NCBI GenBank assembly: GCA_051599415.1 | Contig: AP039690.1 | Location: forward strand, 558,001 to 622,000 | DNA: 64,000 nt | Reading direction: 5' to 3' | From: Savitreella phatthalungensis | Taxonomy: Eukaryota | Part shown: piece after piece, positions 10,431-21,379 of the stretch | Numbering within the stretch: the first letter of the stretch is position 1 | Layout: each line of letters begins with the position of its first letter | The notes under the pieces: model-generated | The model's input: the letters and a program-made list of their open reading frames with translations, nothing else | Databases searched by the model: none | Told to the model about the DNA's origin: nothing | Made by a program: the position numbers and the translations under genes

Positions 10431-11519
10431 TCATTCATCTACTTGAGCGTATGCATTCGTCGGCGTCCTGCATGATGGGCAGCTGTTGCGCGCAGTAGAT
10501 AGCCACGAATCGACACAGCCCTTGTGGAATTCGTGGCCGCATGGATCAAGCTTACGGCAAACTTGCCCTGCGTCGACTGTCTCGAGGCAGACTGCACAAT
10601 TATCGTGTTCGGCACCTTCGCCAATAATGATTTCTTGACCTGCCATGTAAAGGTCAGTCTGGCGCACCTTCCCCGTCTTGTCGTTGCCAAGCAACTGCAA
10701 GAGAGCCAACAGGTCTAAGTAAGACACTGCCTCGATGTCCGAGACACTGAGAGAGATGAGGGGGTGACCGGGTGGATAGATACCTCCCAGCACGTAGATT
10801 AGCCAATTCTGCTGAGCATGCCGCATCGTGGTGCTCTGGTCCGATTGAGGCGTGAGAGGCTCAAGGTGCTCGAGCGGCACTTCAAAAGCATCCGCTGTTG
10901 ACCGTCTGGCGGAAATAGCTGGGCGTTGATCGGACTCTTGAGGCCGATCCGGGTCCAGATCCTGAAAGTTCAGTCTTGAATCGACCCGCGAAGCTGCCCG
11001 CTCTGCGAGTTCAGCGCTGACATCGGCGTCCACTGCATGCATGCCGACAAGCAGAACAGGGATTCCAGCAGCCGACTCGGTCGTGTGTTCGACGGGAGCG
11101 AAGCGAAAGATTCTGAAGACATTCGTCCGACGATCGTCGCCCGATCGTGCGGCAGATATGACCATGGCGTCAGCTAAATTGCCTTCTCGCAGTTGAGAGA
11201 CAAAGGTTGTGAAGGCCAGTCTGCCTGATCCATCAGTCTCGTCCAAAATACGTTCATCGGCTCCGTCGTGCGACCTTCCCTGTGTCAACAGCGTTGCAGC
11301 TGTAGTGGAAGCTGCGACGGCCAGGAGTTGCGCGAGCCGGGTCGCTCCTTCCGCTTGCAACATCAAGGGTTCTGCATTGCCTGCCCTCGCGCGACGACCT
11401 GCCGTACGCAAGAATGTTCTTAGCCTGTTAGACGAGTCGGGAAATCTATTCGCAGTATCCGGGCTACTAGCATGTGGCGCGCGACGGCGTGTTCGCAAAG
11501 CCGATACATTCGAGCCCAT
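10431..11519 (-). CDS. RING-H2 E3 ubiquitin ligase, probably N-myristoylated
   Basis: C-terminal CAVCLE...CGHEFHKGCVDSWL....SCPSCR, a WLIYVLGG.YP..HP motif, and N-terminal MGSNVS (MGxxxS). Confidence 0.88.
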   Translation of the reverse strand: MGSNVSALRTRRRAPHASSPDTANRFPDSSNRLRTFLRTAGRRARAGNAEPLMLQAEGATRLAQLLAVAASTTAATLLTQGRSHDGADERILDETDGSGRLAFTTFVSQLREGNLADAMVISAARSGDDRRTNVFRIFRFAPVEHTTESAAGIPVLLVGMHAVDADVSAELAERAASRVDSRLNFQDLDPDRPQESDQRPAISARRSTADAFEVPLEHLEPLTPQSDQSTTMRHAQQNWLIYVLGGIYPPGHPLISLSVSDIEAVSYLDLLALLQLLGNDKTGKVRQTDLYMAGQEIIIGEGAEHDNCAVCLETVDAGQVCRKLDPCGHEFHKGCVDSWLSTARNSCPSCRTPTNAYAQVDE

Positions 11520-12056
11520 GGCAAGGTAGTTTCACGCGCAGAGCAGGCCAATCACTGCAACATCACTTTATATGTGTAAGGAGCACGCGAGAGACGGTCC
11601 GATTTTACCAGGATACGCGTTCAGATCTGGCTGAATTACGTCTGTGCGCATACGATACACGGATTTTTGCCATGCATGCGTCGATCGAATCTAAAGCAGC
11701 TGGCTATATAGCATGATCTCTGTTAGCCGGGCAAAGCTCTTGAAGTGAAAGAGAGTGGTATTTGAGATACGAACGACCGAATGTCTTATATGATCATCCG
11801 GTTGTAACTAATGTGTGGCTCATGAGTGGCTGAGGTGAGTTGAACAATTTCAATTTCCAATGCGAAAGGTGGAATAAGTCATGGGCATGTTGGCGGGACA
11901 TAACAATATCTGTCCATTTAGAAAGACCCGACATTTGACTACACCCGAACGACTGTTTGCATCAATCATTTGCAGAACGATACATGTTTTTGAACGATAT
12001 TTCAGCCTAGGACAATTTAAAGGAAACCGCTCTAGTGTCCTACATATATGCTAACC

Positions 12057-14753
12057 CTACGTTGTCTGATGGAGCAGATCTTTCATCATCAGGAGAATCT
12101 GACTCATTTGCCGGAAATTGTATCGACCGCATGTCCTTAGAAGGTCCGCAAAGAGCGACAATACATGACGCGCGCCAACAAAGCCGTGGAGATACACTTC
12201 ATCAAAGCTCCAATTGCCACCAAAGCGGATGAAGCGCTCTGCCGCGATGCCCGGCGCATCGCTTGCCTCTTCTCCGATGCCTACGAATCCGAGCTGTGAC
12301 CAGTCGATAGGGCTAGTGAGCTCGTACGAGGCTGTCTCTAGCTCGTCTGCGTCACTAGGACAAGCGAAAACGTACAGAGTGATGACGAGAGCCGATGTGA
12401 AAACAGCGAAAGAGGCGTAGATCGAGCTCAATTCTGGTTGCTGGTGCTCCCTCAATACCTTAAAAACGTGCGCAGCATGCAGGAGTGCTCTACGCGCAGC
12501 TTGTGTACGCGCCCATGACGCGATGCTATCGATAGCCTCGCTCGCTGACCGAATGCCGTCGCGGCTCGCCGCAATCTCGATCAAATCTTGATTCACCGTT
12601 AGCGTTAGGCAAAGATAATGCCAGAAGACGTCGCAGTTGATCTGTTGCCATGCAGCCAATTGCTTCGGTGCAACGTGTGGGAAGGCTCGCTTGAATGCAA
12701 CGACCTGTCGCACAATGTCACACAGCATTGGTTCCTGTGAGTAATATTCGACTGGCACCAGAATAAATTGTGCCCGATCTCGCCCTGCTTGAACGTCTAG
12801 AAGTCTTTGATACGCGTCAGCCGTACGAAGCTGCAGATAGTTGAGGACGGAATGCAGAGAATAGTATGACTGCACCCCGGCGTCCATGAGCTTTTCCAGG
12901 CCAGATGCCGAGCCGATCGTAGGAAGGATGATCAATAGTCGCTGCTCTTGCTGCAACTGCCACCACTGTTCAGCGGAAGGAGCAGCGAAGAGCAAATCGT
13001 CACAGGGGAGCGGTACCTCGATCTTGGCTACCCGGATAGCCGGAGGAGCTCTTAGAAAGGAGCAGTAGGCTGAATCAAGGCGCATGAGGCTAATAACCAC
13101 GCGTTTGAAGGATTCAACCCTTCCCCACGCGTGCCAGCGCTCCTTTAGATCACCGAAATTCTCATACATCTCGCTTGTACTCTGCCTCGCATACACAGAG
13201 AATATGCCGTGCAGCTGTGCCAGGTGCAGCAAGCTATTGTACAGCAATTGACACGGACTGAGATGATCGCGATCAGAAATCAGCGCGGCAAGCTTCAGAA
13301 ACAGGAATGCTGCAGCACACGTCGGCAGTGACTCTTTCGTAGTGCTGGTCAACTTCTTGTCGAGCTCCGCAACGATGCACTGGCGGATAGCATTGAAGTT
13401 GGACCGGACAAAGTACATGTCGTCCTCAAGCCCACTCAGGACAAATCCTATGCAACTCATGCAAAATAGCATGATGGGCGGACATGTAGAAATACTGAAA
13501 ACTGGCCGGTGCAAGAAAGGTGCCTCGCGGTCCCAACTATCGAAGTATCGATCGAGCGCGCAGTCGAAAGCTTGACATGTAGGGAAGCGCAATGCGACCT
13601 GATTAAGCGCTTCTGAGTCCACGTAGGTAGCAGGATCGAACGGATTCTCGATTTGAGGATAGACTGCCCGGACCATTCGCAGTCGACAGGCTTCGCTCAC
13701 ACGCGCTCTTTGCCCGGCGATCGAAATCTCGCAGAGCGGCGGTGCCATATTGAACAGATCACCTTGCATGCCACGCACGATATCATACCAGCGTTTCTCT
13801 GTGACCGGTCCTCCGGCGGCTTGATTTGTCAGTCTGTTGAACCAGGTCTGTTCCACGCGTGAAAATTGCCCAAAACCCGTTGACGGAGACGTGAGACGTG
13901 GGAACGCCCTCCGAGGGTCTGCTGAAAAGCTTCGGAAGGGATCGATCTCTCCCTCGAGCTGCAGGATTGATGAAATTGGATTCGTTTGCTGTGCGATGTG
14001 TAGCCAGCTCTTGAGATCTTCTGTACGGGCTCGACCTGCTAATGCTGATGCAGATGAGAGCACATGAGACCCAGACGTCTGGTGATGCTGCCCAGCTTGA
14101 TGGTGTGTTGGCGTAAATTGCTCTCCTGGTAGTGGCAAATGAAGTGAAACATTGCGGTGGTCCACGAGATGAGCGGATGAGTGGCCAGTGCCTCGCGTCT
14201 CGCTCAGCGGCAATGGAGGTGGTGTAGTCCAAGCGGAGAATTGACCTTTCCGGATGCCGTTCCCTGAGCTGAATGAGTCGTACGTCAAATGGTCGCTCGC
14301 CCCTGACGCTTCGTTTGCCGCAACCGCGGACGAATGGTCATTGTAACTTGGTGATTCTGCATGCGAAGCAAGCTTTTGTGTACTCTCTGCTAGCGATGAC
14401 TGCGAGTGCACAAAAGTGTCTCTTGCTGTTGGCAAATTGGCATGTGCTGCCAGAGACCGGCGATCTATTGGACGTTCCTGAGGGCGCGGACCAGGGGAAT
14501 CCATCGAGACACGTTTGACATCAGCCGATAGAGGATCGCGTTTGTGCTTGCTCGTAGCTGTCTCTGTATCGGAGCTCGTCTCATTCTTCCGAGCATGCAT
14601 TCGCAGATGGCGAGCAAGAACATCACTTCGCGCATAAGATCTTCCACACTGTGGACATGCGAAAGGCTTCTCCTTGGTATGACTGCGCTCGTGCCGCCGT
14701 AGATGCTCCGTCTTCGTAAAAGTCCGCTCGCATGAGCTGCATTGAAGATGCAT
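12057..14753 (-). CDS. C2H2 zinc-finger transcription factor with fungal-specific TF domain
   Basis: Two N-terminal C2H2 fingers (CSSCERTFTKTEHLRRHERSH-TKEKPF-CPQCGRSYARSDVLARHLRMH). Middle region with YF......PFLH and LPCDD.LF.A.SA..W. Confidence 0.92.
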   Translation of the reverse strand: MHLQCSSCERTFTKTEHLRRHERSHTKEKPFACPQCGRSYARSDVLARHLRMHARKNETSSDTETATSKHKRDPLSADVKRVSMDSPGPRPQERPIDRRSLAAHANLPTARDTFVHSQSSLAESTQKLASHAESPSYNDHSSAVAANEASGASDHLTYDSFSSGNGIRKGQFSAWTTPPPLPLSETRGTGHSSAHLVDHRNVSLHLPLPGEQFTPTHHQAGQHHQTSGSHVLSSASALAGRARTEDLKSWLHIAQQTNPISSILQLEGEIDPFRSFSADPRRAFPRLTSPSTGFGQFSRVEQTWFNRLTNQAAGGPVTEKRWYDIVRGMQGDLFNMAPPLCEISIAGQRARVSEACRLRMVRAVYPQIENPFDPATYVDSEALNQVALRFPTCQAFDCALDRYFDSWDREAPFLHRPVFSISTCPPIMLFCMSCIGFVLSGLEDDMYFVRSNFNAIRQCIVAELDKKLTSTTKESLPTCAAAFLFLKLAALISDRDHLSPCQLLYNSLLHLAQLHGIFSVYARQSTSEMYENFGDLKERWHAWGRVESFKRVVISLMRLDSAYCSFLRAPPAIRVAKIEVPLPCDDLLFAAPSAEQWWQLQQEQRLLIILPTIGSASGLEKLMDAGVQSYYSLHSVLNYLQLRTADAYQRLLDVQAGRDRAQFILVPVEYYSQEPMLCDIVRQVVAFKRAFPHVAPKQLAAWQQINCDVFWHYLCLTLTVNQDLIEIAASRDGIRSASEAIDSIASWARTQAARRALLHAAHVFKVLREHQQPELSSIYASFAVFTSALVITLYVFACPSDADELETASYELTSPIDWSQLGFVGIGEEASDAPGIAAERFIRFGGNWSFDEVYLHGFVGARHVLSLFADLLRTCGRYNFRQMSQILLMMKDLLHQTT

Positions 14754-14967
14754 AGCAGCTCAGGAGTTCACCTTTGGGAGGAGTTCAAGCGTTCATGTGT
14801 GGGTATCTAGGATGTGGGGACGATTTATCAGACATTTCCGCAATCCCGGGAAAAAGACGTAATGTCGGACGCAATCACTCGACCCTGAGACCGGTTCAAC
14901 GTCCAATCAGGGCTTGACCCACTTGGAACCGAAAGAAATTAACTCCAGAATTAGTTTATTGCGGTAA

Positions 14968-16422
14968 TTAACAGGTCCAGAGACTCTCAAAGGATGGAAG
15001 ATTTTCAAAGAAGGGCACGCTCTCCGAAGAGCCTTCGAGCTCGTACAGGATCTGGCTCGGCGTCTTCGCGCGCAACGGTGGCGTGGGCGGCTGTTGGCTT
15101 CGCAAATTCTGCTTCAGCTGTGACCGCTGATTGCGTTTCTGTACCGCGCTCTTCTGCAAGGACTCGCTTGCCAGACCAAGCACGGGTGCGGACTGTTTCC
15201 GTCTTAGACGCGACCTGTTCTTGGCTGTCAACAGGTACCATTCGTCCTTGAAGCTGTCCTGCCGTGAAAGACTAGCTCGTTGCTGAGCCTTGCGGAAAGC
15301 TCCGACAGGGACGGATCGACTATCCGTATCGATCGATAGGCTTCGCTCAAAATGTCGTGCTGCAGTAGCGCGACCTGGCTGGTGCTTGTGACCCTCTTCC
15401 TGATACTCTTCTGAATCCTCTGCAGCGTGGTCACTAGTCTCGACAAGCAGCTCATTCGTGTATAGAATCTCATCGAGTGTCGTCATAGCGTCGTGCATAG
15501 CGCCACTTCGTTCGTAAGGTGATCCTGGAATTTGCCGCCGGCTTGACTGACTTGGTCGACGTGCAAGCGATCCTATAGAGCGACCGTCGATGATACTGGT
15601 ACGCTTTCGGCTATCTTTCACCCAGGAGCCCAATAAAGGGGCGTGCTGTACGGCAAGTGCCCAGGGCGTAGAAGGATGCGCTGGAGATGGCCCTGTCTGT
15701 GCTATTGGTATTGGTCTTCTTAGGGGCGTGGCAGTCGTGAGTTGTGGTGTTTCCTCGTCGGTACTGGAATCATCGGTGGCAGTTTCCGCATCACTGGACT
15801 CGCTCTCATCTCCGGACCCACTTGAGAAAAAGCACTCCCAGCCAACGCGGTCCTCTGGATCATCGGTGTCTTCACCTGATTCGTCCTGTCGCTCTGTTTG
15901 CAGGACATCTAGTGTACACCCGGCACGCTCGATGCCGTTTGTGTAATCCTTTACGGTTGGAGCGAAGAACAGTTGTTCAAGCAAATCATCCGCGTTGGCC
16001 ATCGATAGCGGCGTTGCGGCGTCAGCCTCGTCGCCTGGCCACAGGGCTTCGAATTCTGTCTCCATGTCATCACGGCCTTCAAGATACGCAAATGGCTGGC
16101 TTTCGTCGATCGTGTAGAAATTTTGTTTCCGTAGCAGATCATCGTCTTCAGCTTCCTGCAGTATTGCCGCACTCTCGAAAGCCTCTATATCAGACTCATT
16201 TTCGTCCGCTTCTAGGTTGCCATAAACAAAATCATCTAGCGATGTCAGAGAAGATGTGTCCGAGTCGAAGAAAGTGGCTGCGTTCGTGTCGCCATCGAGC
16301 GTGTCCTCGCGACCTTGTGTGCCTTGTATGTCTGCAGCCTCGAGCACGATCGCTTGGGACTGGCGCCGTTTCCGCTTGGTCGACGACTGGCTCTTGAGAC
16401 CCTTGATCTTGAGCTTCAGCAT
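14968..16422 (-). CDS. Ifh1/Crf1-like transcriptional cofactor
   Basis: Acidic protein with GWECFFS...DDSSTDEE..TP and PLLGSW.......IIDG segments resembling the CRF1/forkhead-binding region. Confidence 0.6.
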   Translation of the reverse strand: MLKLKIKGLKSQSSTKRKRRQSQAIVLEAADIQGTQGREDTLDGDTNAATFFDSDTSSLTSLDDFVYGNLEADENESDIEAFESAAILQEAEDDDLLRKQNFYTIDESQPFAYLEGRDDMETEFEALWPGDEADAATPLSMANADDLLEQLFFAPTVKDYTNGIERAGCTLDVLQTERQDESGEDTDDPEDRVGWECFFSSGSGDESESSDAETATDDSSTDEETPQLTTATPLRRPIPIAQTGPSPAHPSTPWALAVQHAPLLGSWVKDSRKRTSIIDGRSIGSLARRPSQSSRRQIPGSPYERSGAMHDAMTTLDEILYTNELLVETSDHAAEDSEEYQEEGHKHQPGRATAARHFERSLSIDTDSRSVPVGAFRKAQQRASLSRQDSFKDEWYLLTAKNRSRLRRKQSAPVLGLASESLQKSAVQKRNQRSQLKQNLRSQQPPTPPLRAKTPSQILYELEGSSESVPFFENLPSFESLWTC

Positions 16423-16901
16423 GTTCGCAAGCGTTGCAGCGTCCTACAACCAGAAGTTCGCAGTCACGCGCTCACCAGCACTCCGGCTACCTACACACGC
16501 ATGCGCCTGAAACGGTTGATAAGCCCAAGTGTTGTCCTCAATGAAGAGTTTGATCGCGAGGCACGGCATGCTGATCGGTGTCCCCATGTGTCCCGCTCCA
16601 GTGGCAGGATGTTCAACTCCGATGTCCCAGACGTCCGTTGGTAGATTCGCAGCCACTGCAAACTATTTGGAATCCGGAGCTCAATTGCGATCTATCCACA
16701 GCCAATTCAGAGGCACACTTCTCAAACTAACGCTAGTCAAAACCTGGACAGCGTAGGTATATTGACAGCTACCTCATACTCTTGTAGGATTGCGGGTAGG
16801 TCATGAAGTGATGGAACTATGGCAAATTGCTGTGGACGAACGCTCAGCAAATCAGCGCTTCAGCTACGCCGGTGAGCACGGCGGTTCGATCTGGGCAATG
16901 A

Positions 16902-18437
16902 TCACTGGCACGGTCTGCAGGCATGATCATTGAAAGCCCATGGTGGATATTGTGACTCGCATTTCCCGCAATACAGCGTCTGATCGGGCTCGACCTCGTC
17001 TCCGTCCAACCCCTGTTCGTCTGACCAGTATTCGTGATGTTTAGCTTGCCTTAGCATAGTCGCTATACTCAAATTCGGGGGGTGTCGTCGAATATCATAG
17101 ACTCCGACATTGAGTAAGGATAGATCCCAGCTCGGCAGATTGGACACTAGCTTGTCGAACAAGGGCATGAGCGTCCGAGTCACAATCTGGATGGCCAGCC
17201 ACTCACTGAAGGTTTCCTCGAAAATTTCCGCAGGCACGTCCACGGACCGAGCCACACGGCGGTGACGATCTCGATAGTCCTTGAGACCGACAACGCTATC
17301 AGTGCGAAAGCGTGGCGTAAGCCGCAGTTTCGAAGGCCAGCGAGCCCAGCGCCCATGTTCTGTCAAATCTGTCTTCATTCGCGAATGGAGATGTTGCGTG
17401 AGCTGAATCAGTTTGCCTTCGACTGCACGTCGAGAAGTGCAGTGTATGAAGGAATCTTCGACCGAGATGATTCCTGGAAAAAGGGCAGACGGCCTGACTT
17501 CTGAATAATCCACTCCGTGAACGATATCTACCAGCCATTCGCCACGTTCCTTTCCGAACCAATCGATCGCCATCTGCTTCGATACCTCATCTCGCACACG
17601 TCCTGCTAGCAGACCGTTCCGGTTCTGCGCGATCAGGATCTCTTTTGCAAATAGCTGAGGTTTCTCATCGTTGACCTCTTCGCTGAGGTCCAACTCATCT
17701 AGCTTGCCATCAGGACTGCTGGGATGCAACGCTGGCGTGAATTGGATTTGGTTGTCTGTCGTCCGTGGCACCACTGGCGGCTCGGACGTTAGCTCGGCGA
17801 ACAGCCGCTTGAGCATACTGTACCCTATCCCGGGAATCCGTTGCGCAGGGACGGAAGCGATCCAACTTCCATGAGCTTCTGGCACGATGGTCGTTTGATC
17901 ATTCGGTTTGTGCTCATTGCCCACCAGCTTCGCCAGGACCCGAGACATGGCGATCCCCGCGGACGAAGTGAAACCGAGCTCTTGGTGAATCCGATGTCTC
18001 AGAATTTCAGCCAATCTGGCACCCGCCTGCAGACGCCTGTGCTTGTCAGACGATGAGTCCAAAGCTCCTATGAGATGTCCCGGAAATGATCCAGGCATCT
18101 CGCTATCAACGTGGGTGCGAACATCACACCAGAACTCGTCCAGTCCAAGTCGCTCGACCCTGTTTCCCAGCAGTCCGCGAAGCAAGACGAAAACTTCCTT
18201 GGATGCCTGCCTGTAGTGAGTGATGTCTTCTCCGCTAACGACTGCGAGATCGGGACATGCTCGTTTGGCTTCTGTCAAAAGCTGGAGCTTGCGCACTCCA
18301 CGCTTGCGAGCAAGATAGTTTGCCGTGACCACGATGTGCTTTTGCTGAATGGCGAAAGGTAGTTGAGCGAGACGCGGATCGCGTCTGACCTCGACTGCTC
18401 CGTAGAAAAAGTCGAGGTCAATGTGAATCACGACCAT
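16902..18437 (-). CDS. Y-family translesion DNA polymerase (iota-like) with C-terminal UBZ-like finger
   Basis: HIDLDFFY.AVE, ANYLAR.RGV.K, LGLDE, SAGIA....LAKL...HKPN.QT, IPGIG and C-terminal CGKC...W....H. Confidence 0.9.
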   Translation of the reverse strand: MVVIHIDLDFFYGAVEVRRDPRLAQLPFAIQQKHIVVTANYLARKRGVRKLQLLTEAKRACPDLAVVSGEDITHYRQASKEVFVLLRGLLGNRVERLGLDEFWCDVRTHVDSEMPGSFPGHLIGALDSSSDKHRRLQAGARLAEILRHRIHQELGFTSSAGIAMSRVLAKLVGNEHKPNDQTTIVPEAHGSWIASVPAQRIPGIGYSMLKRLFAELTSEPPVVPRTTDNQIQFTPALHPSSPDGKLDELDLSEEVNDEKPQLFAKEILIAQNRNGLLAGRVRDEVSKQMAIDWFGKERGEWLVDIVHGVDYSEVRPSALFPGIISVEDSFIHCTSRRAVEGKLIQLTQHLHSRMKTDLTEHGRWARWPSKLRLTPRFRTDSVVGLKDYRDRHRRVARSVDVPAEIFEETFSEWLAIQIVTRTLMPLFDKLVSNLPSWDLSLLNVGVYDIRRHPPNLSIATMLRQAKHHEYWSDEQGLDGDEVEPDQTLYCGKCESQYPPWAFNDHACRPCQ

Positions 18438-18584
18438 ATCATGGTGGTCGAGAATTTATGCGTCTGCGTGGAGTATTAAAGCGATTGATTGCATTAGACT
18501 CGAATTTCGTCGTCATCTCCAAGTCTTCAAGCGTGCGTGACGCGCGTACACCACAAATATATCGCATCGTTCAATCACCCAGTC

Positions 18585-19883
18585 ATGGCATCGCTGGAAG
18601 ATCTAGAGCATCTCGATGCTCAGATCACGACGCAAAGCGATAGTCTAGATGATGAGATTCGGAGCCTATCAGCCGATGAGCTGGCCAATCGCACACGCCT
18701 ACTCGACAATGACATCAAGATCATGCGAAGTGAGTTTCAAAGACTATCCCACGAGCAAGCTACGATGCACGAGAGGATCAAAGACAACGAGGACAAGATC
18801 AGCAATAATAGGCAGCTGCCGTATCTGGTCGGCAACGTGGTGGAAGTCCTCGAGATGACGCCAGACGATGAGGAGCGCGAGGAGGGAGGTACGACTGATG
18901 AGGATGCTGCTCGATCCGGCAAATCGGCTGTGATCAAGACATCGACACGGCAGACAATCTTTTTGCCTCTGATCGGTCTTGTCGAAGCGGACAGCCTCAA
19001 GCCTGGCGACTTGATCGGCGTGAACAAGGACTCGTATTTAGTGCTTGACACGTTGCCCGCAGAATATGATTCACGTGTCAAAGCAATGGAGGTGGATGAA
19101 GCGCCGACAGAGACATACAATGATATCGGCGGACTTGGCACACAGATCGAGGAGCTCGTGGAGGCCATCGTGCTCCCGATGCAGCAAGCGGACAAATTCG
19201 CTACTCTCGGCGTCAAACCCCCAAAGGGCGCCTTAATGTATGGGCCCCCTGGCACCGGGAAGACATTACTCGCTCGCGCTTGTGCAGCGGAGACGAAGGC
19301 CACGTTCCTGAAGCTCGCCGCTCCGCAACTCGTCCAAATGTTTATTGGAGATGGCGCCAAGCTCGTTAGAGATGCATTCGCGCTCGCAAAAGAGAAAGCG
19401 CCAGCCATCATTTTTATCGATGAGCTCGACGCAATTGGCACGAAGAGGTTCGACAGCGAGAAATCTGGCGACAGGGAGGTGCAGCGTACGATGCTTGAGC
19501 TGCTCAACCAACTAGATGGATTTTCTTCGGATGCACGCGTGAAGGTTCTCGCCGCTACGAACCGTGTTGACACCCTGGATCCAGCTTTGCTACGTAGTGG
19601 CCGGCTTGATCGTAAGATCGAGTTCCCCTTGCCTGGGGAGGATGCGCGCGCACAGATCCTACAAATCCATTCACGGAAAATGATGGTTGATGATCGAGTC
19701 AACTTCGAGGAGCTCGCGCGTTCGACGGACGAGTACAATGCCGCAATGCTGAAAGCTGTGTGCGTCGAGGCCGGTATGATCGCTCTCCGGGAGGGGCAAA
19801 CGGCCGTGGTCCATGAAAATTTCATGGACGGCATCGCTGAGGTGCAGATGAAGAAGGCTAAAAGCTCAAATGTATATGCGTAG
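18585..19883 (+). CDS. RPT5: 26S proteasome regulatory AAA-ATPase Rpt5 (subunit 6A)
   Basis: [70 protein letters not shown]. Confidence 0.97.
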   Translation: MASLEDLEHLDAQITTQSDSLDDEIRSLSADELANRTRLLDNDIKIMRSEFQRLSHEQATMHERIKDNEDKISNNRQLPYLVGNVVEVLEMTPDDEEREEGGTTDEDAARSGKSAVIKTSTRQTIFLPLIGLVEADSLKPGDLIGVNKDSYLVLDTLPAEYDSRVKAMEVDEAPTETYNDIGGLGTQIEELVEAIVLPMQQADKFATLGVKPPKGALMYGPPGTGKTLLARACAAETKATFLKLAAPQLVQMFIGDGAKLVRDAFALAKEKAPAIIFIDELDAIGTKRFDSEKSGDREVQRTMLELLNQLDGFSSDARVKVLAATNRVDTLDPALLRSGRLDRKIEFPLPGEDARAQILQIHSRKMMVDDRVNFEELARSTDEYNAAMLKAVCVEAGMIALREGQTAVVHENFMDGIAEVQMKKAKSSNVYA

Positions 19884-19926
19884 GACGGGCGCGCGCACGG
19901 CGCCGGGATAAATGGGGCAACAGAGA

Positions 19927-20481
19927 CTAGCATCGCAAGGGCCTAAAGTGACGAACTTTCTCTGGCGCCTTGAACTCTGACCGACGCTGACGGTTGGCAA
20001 AGAAGGACGCGCTGCTGGAACGAGTTCGCGTCATGGGAGGCTTGCTGGCTTGTCGTAAGAACGAATCGTGTAATTCTTGTGACCACTTGCTGCGTCTAAT
20101 AGTTTTCACGTTCGCCACCCGATGTCCTGCCGAAGCATTCATGACAATGCATCGCATGGCGCTTTCCCGGATGTGATGCGTGCTCGAGATAATAGCAGTC
20201 ACAGGCAATAGCAAGCTCAACGAAGCTATGTATGCCAAGTATACAGTATAGCAAATGGTAGTCTGACAAAGCACGTTGCGAAGGGAATGTGTCGCAGTGG
20301 ACAGTCGCAGTAACCAAGGGCGACAGACAAGGCGGCGCAGACCCGAATCAGAGGAAACAGGAAGAATTGACGGCGAGCTAATCAAGAAATGCAAACACCA
20401 CAAACAGTCCCAAATGATTACAGGAGACGGAATTTGCAGACTTGATCCGATCAGGGGGGGGGGGGGGGGGGGGGGGGGTCG
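19927..20481 (-). CDS. Hypothetical terminal exon (poly-Pro start, one hydrophobic segment)
   Basis: Frame is open from 20481 to the stop at 19927 (185 codons), directly after a CTGAC...TGTAG branch/acceptor. No recognised homology. Confidence 0.3.
   Translation of the reverse strand, partial: RPPPPPPPPLIGSSLQIPSPVIIWDCLWCLHFLISSPSILPVSSDSGLRRLVCRPWLLRLSTATHSLRNVLCQTTICYTVYLAYIASLSLLLPVTAIISSTHHIRESAMRCIVMNASAGHRVANVKTIRRSKWSQELHDSFLRQASKPPMTRTRSSSASFFANRQRRSEFKAPEKVRHFRPLRC
20454..20478 (+). repeat. Poly-G homopolymer (25 G)
   Basis: Counted directly from the sequence. Confidence 0.98.
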
Positions 20482-20540
20482 CTACAAAGGATTTTTGGTC
20501 AGATGTATGTAATTGTTTAGGCCGCTTGCTTAACAGCATG

Positions 20541-20918
20541 TACACAACGCTGTCACTTCTGCAATCACTCGGTCTAGATATGACAAGATAGAAACCCCGT
20601 ATGGAGCTGTCAAATAGTATTGTTTTGTGCTAGGTCCTGGTGTTAGGTGTAATCCAGCACGCCGTCTCCACACAGCGTGCTGCATCTTATTGTACCTGGA
20701 CCAACCTGCCACGTCAGCAGAGTTGTGGTATGTATCAGTTATAGCATAGTTGGTCACCCGCCTAGACCGTTTCTCGTAATTCCTCCGTGTCTGTTTGTGC
20801 TTGTTTGTGTCTCTCCGTGTTCCTCGGTGGACTCCGTATGTGTCCTCCTGTGTCGTCTGTCTCGTGTCCGTGTTGCTTTGTCTGTCGCTCTCGGGTCCTG
20901 CGACCGTCCTCGGCAACA
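20541..20918 (+). mobile_element. MITE-like element copy A (lacks right TIR)
   Basis: Starts TACACAACGCTGTCACT and is colinear with copy E over ~375 bp. Confidence 0.8.
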
Positions 20919-21379
20919 AAGTGGAAAATAGATTGCTCTGTAGTCATCGGAAATGCTTTGTCAAGGCACAGTGCTCAGATTGCGGCTGTCTAACTTTGTT
21001 GGTTGCTCTTGGGCTTTACAACCTTCTTTTTTGCAGCAAATTTGAATCGCAGTTGTTGTCTCATGCTGCTGAAAGAAAAGAGATCAAAGCAGCTCAATAA
21101 TGTTTGGGTCAGAGAGCAACTTGTGTTGTGGTACCACAAAAGGCTTGAGGTGATCATTGACTTCTCTACAATGGCGGACGCTTTTCACACTACTCTGTCA
21201 GCTCGTAACGATCTGCCACATCATTGCACGCTTTGTATGAGCTTCGCTACATTCGGCAATTTGTCCCTTCGATGCGAAAATTCACGACAAGTGATCACAG
21301 TGAGGTCTGCGAAAAGGATCTTTCTCGGCACAAATTTGATATTCTGAATAAAAACTATTGGCTGTTGTTTCGGGCCCTG

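Noticed and set aside
18737..19933. 398-aa antisense ORF over RPT5
   Set aside because: Shadow frame of a conserved, codon-biased gene; Ser-rich with no recognisable domain.
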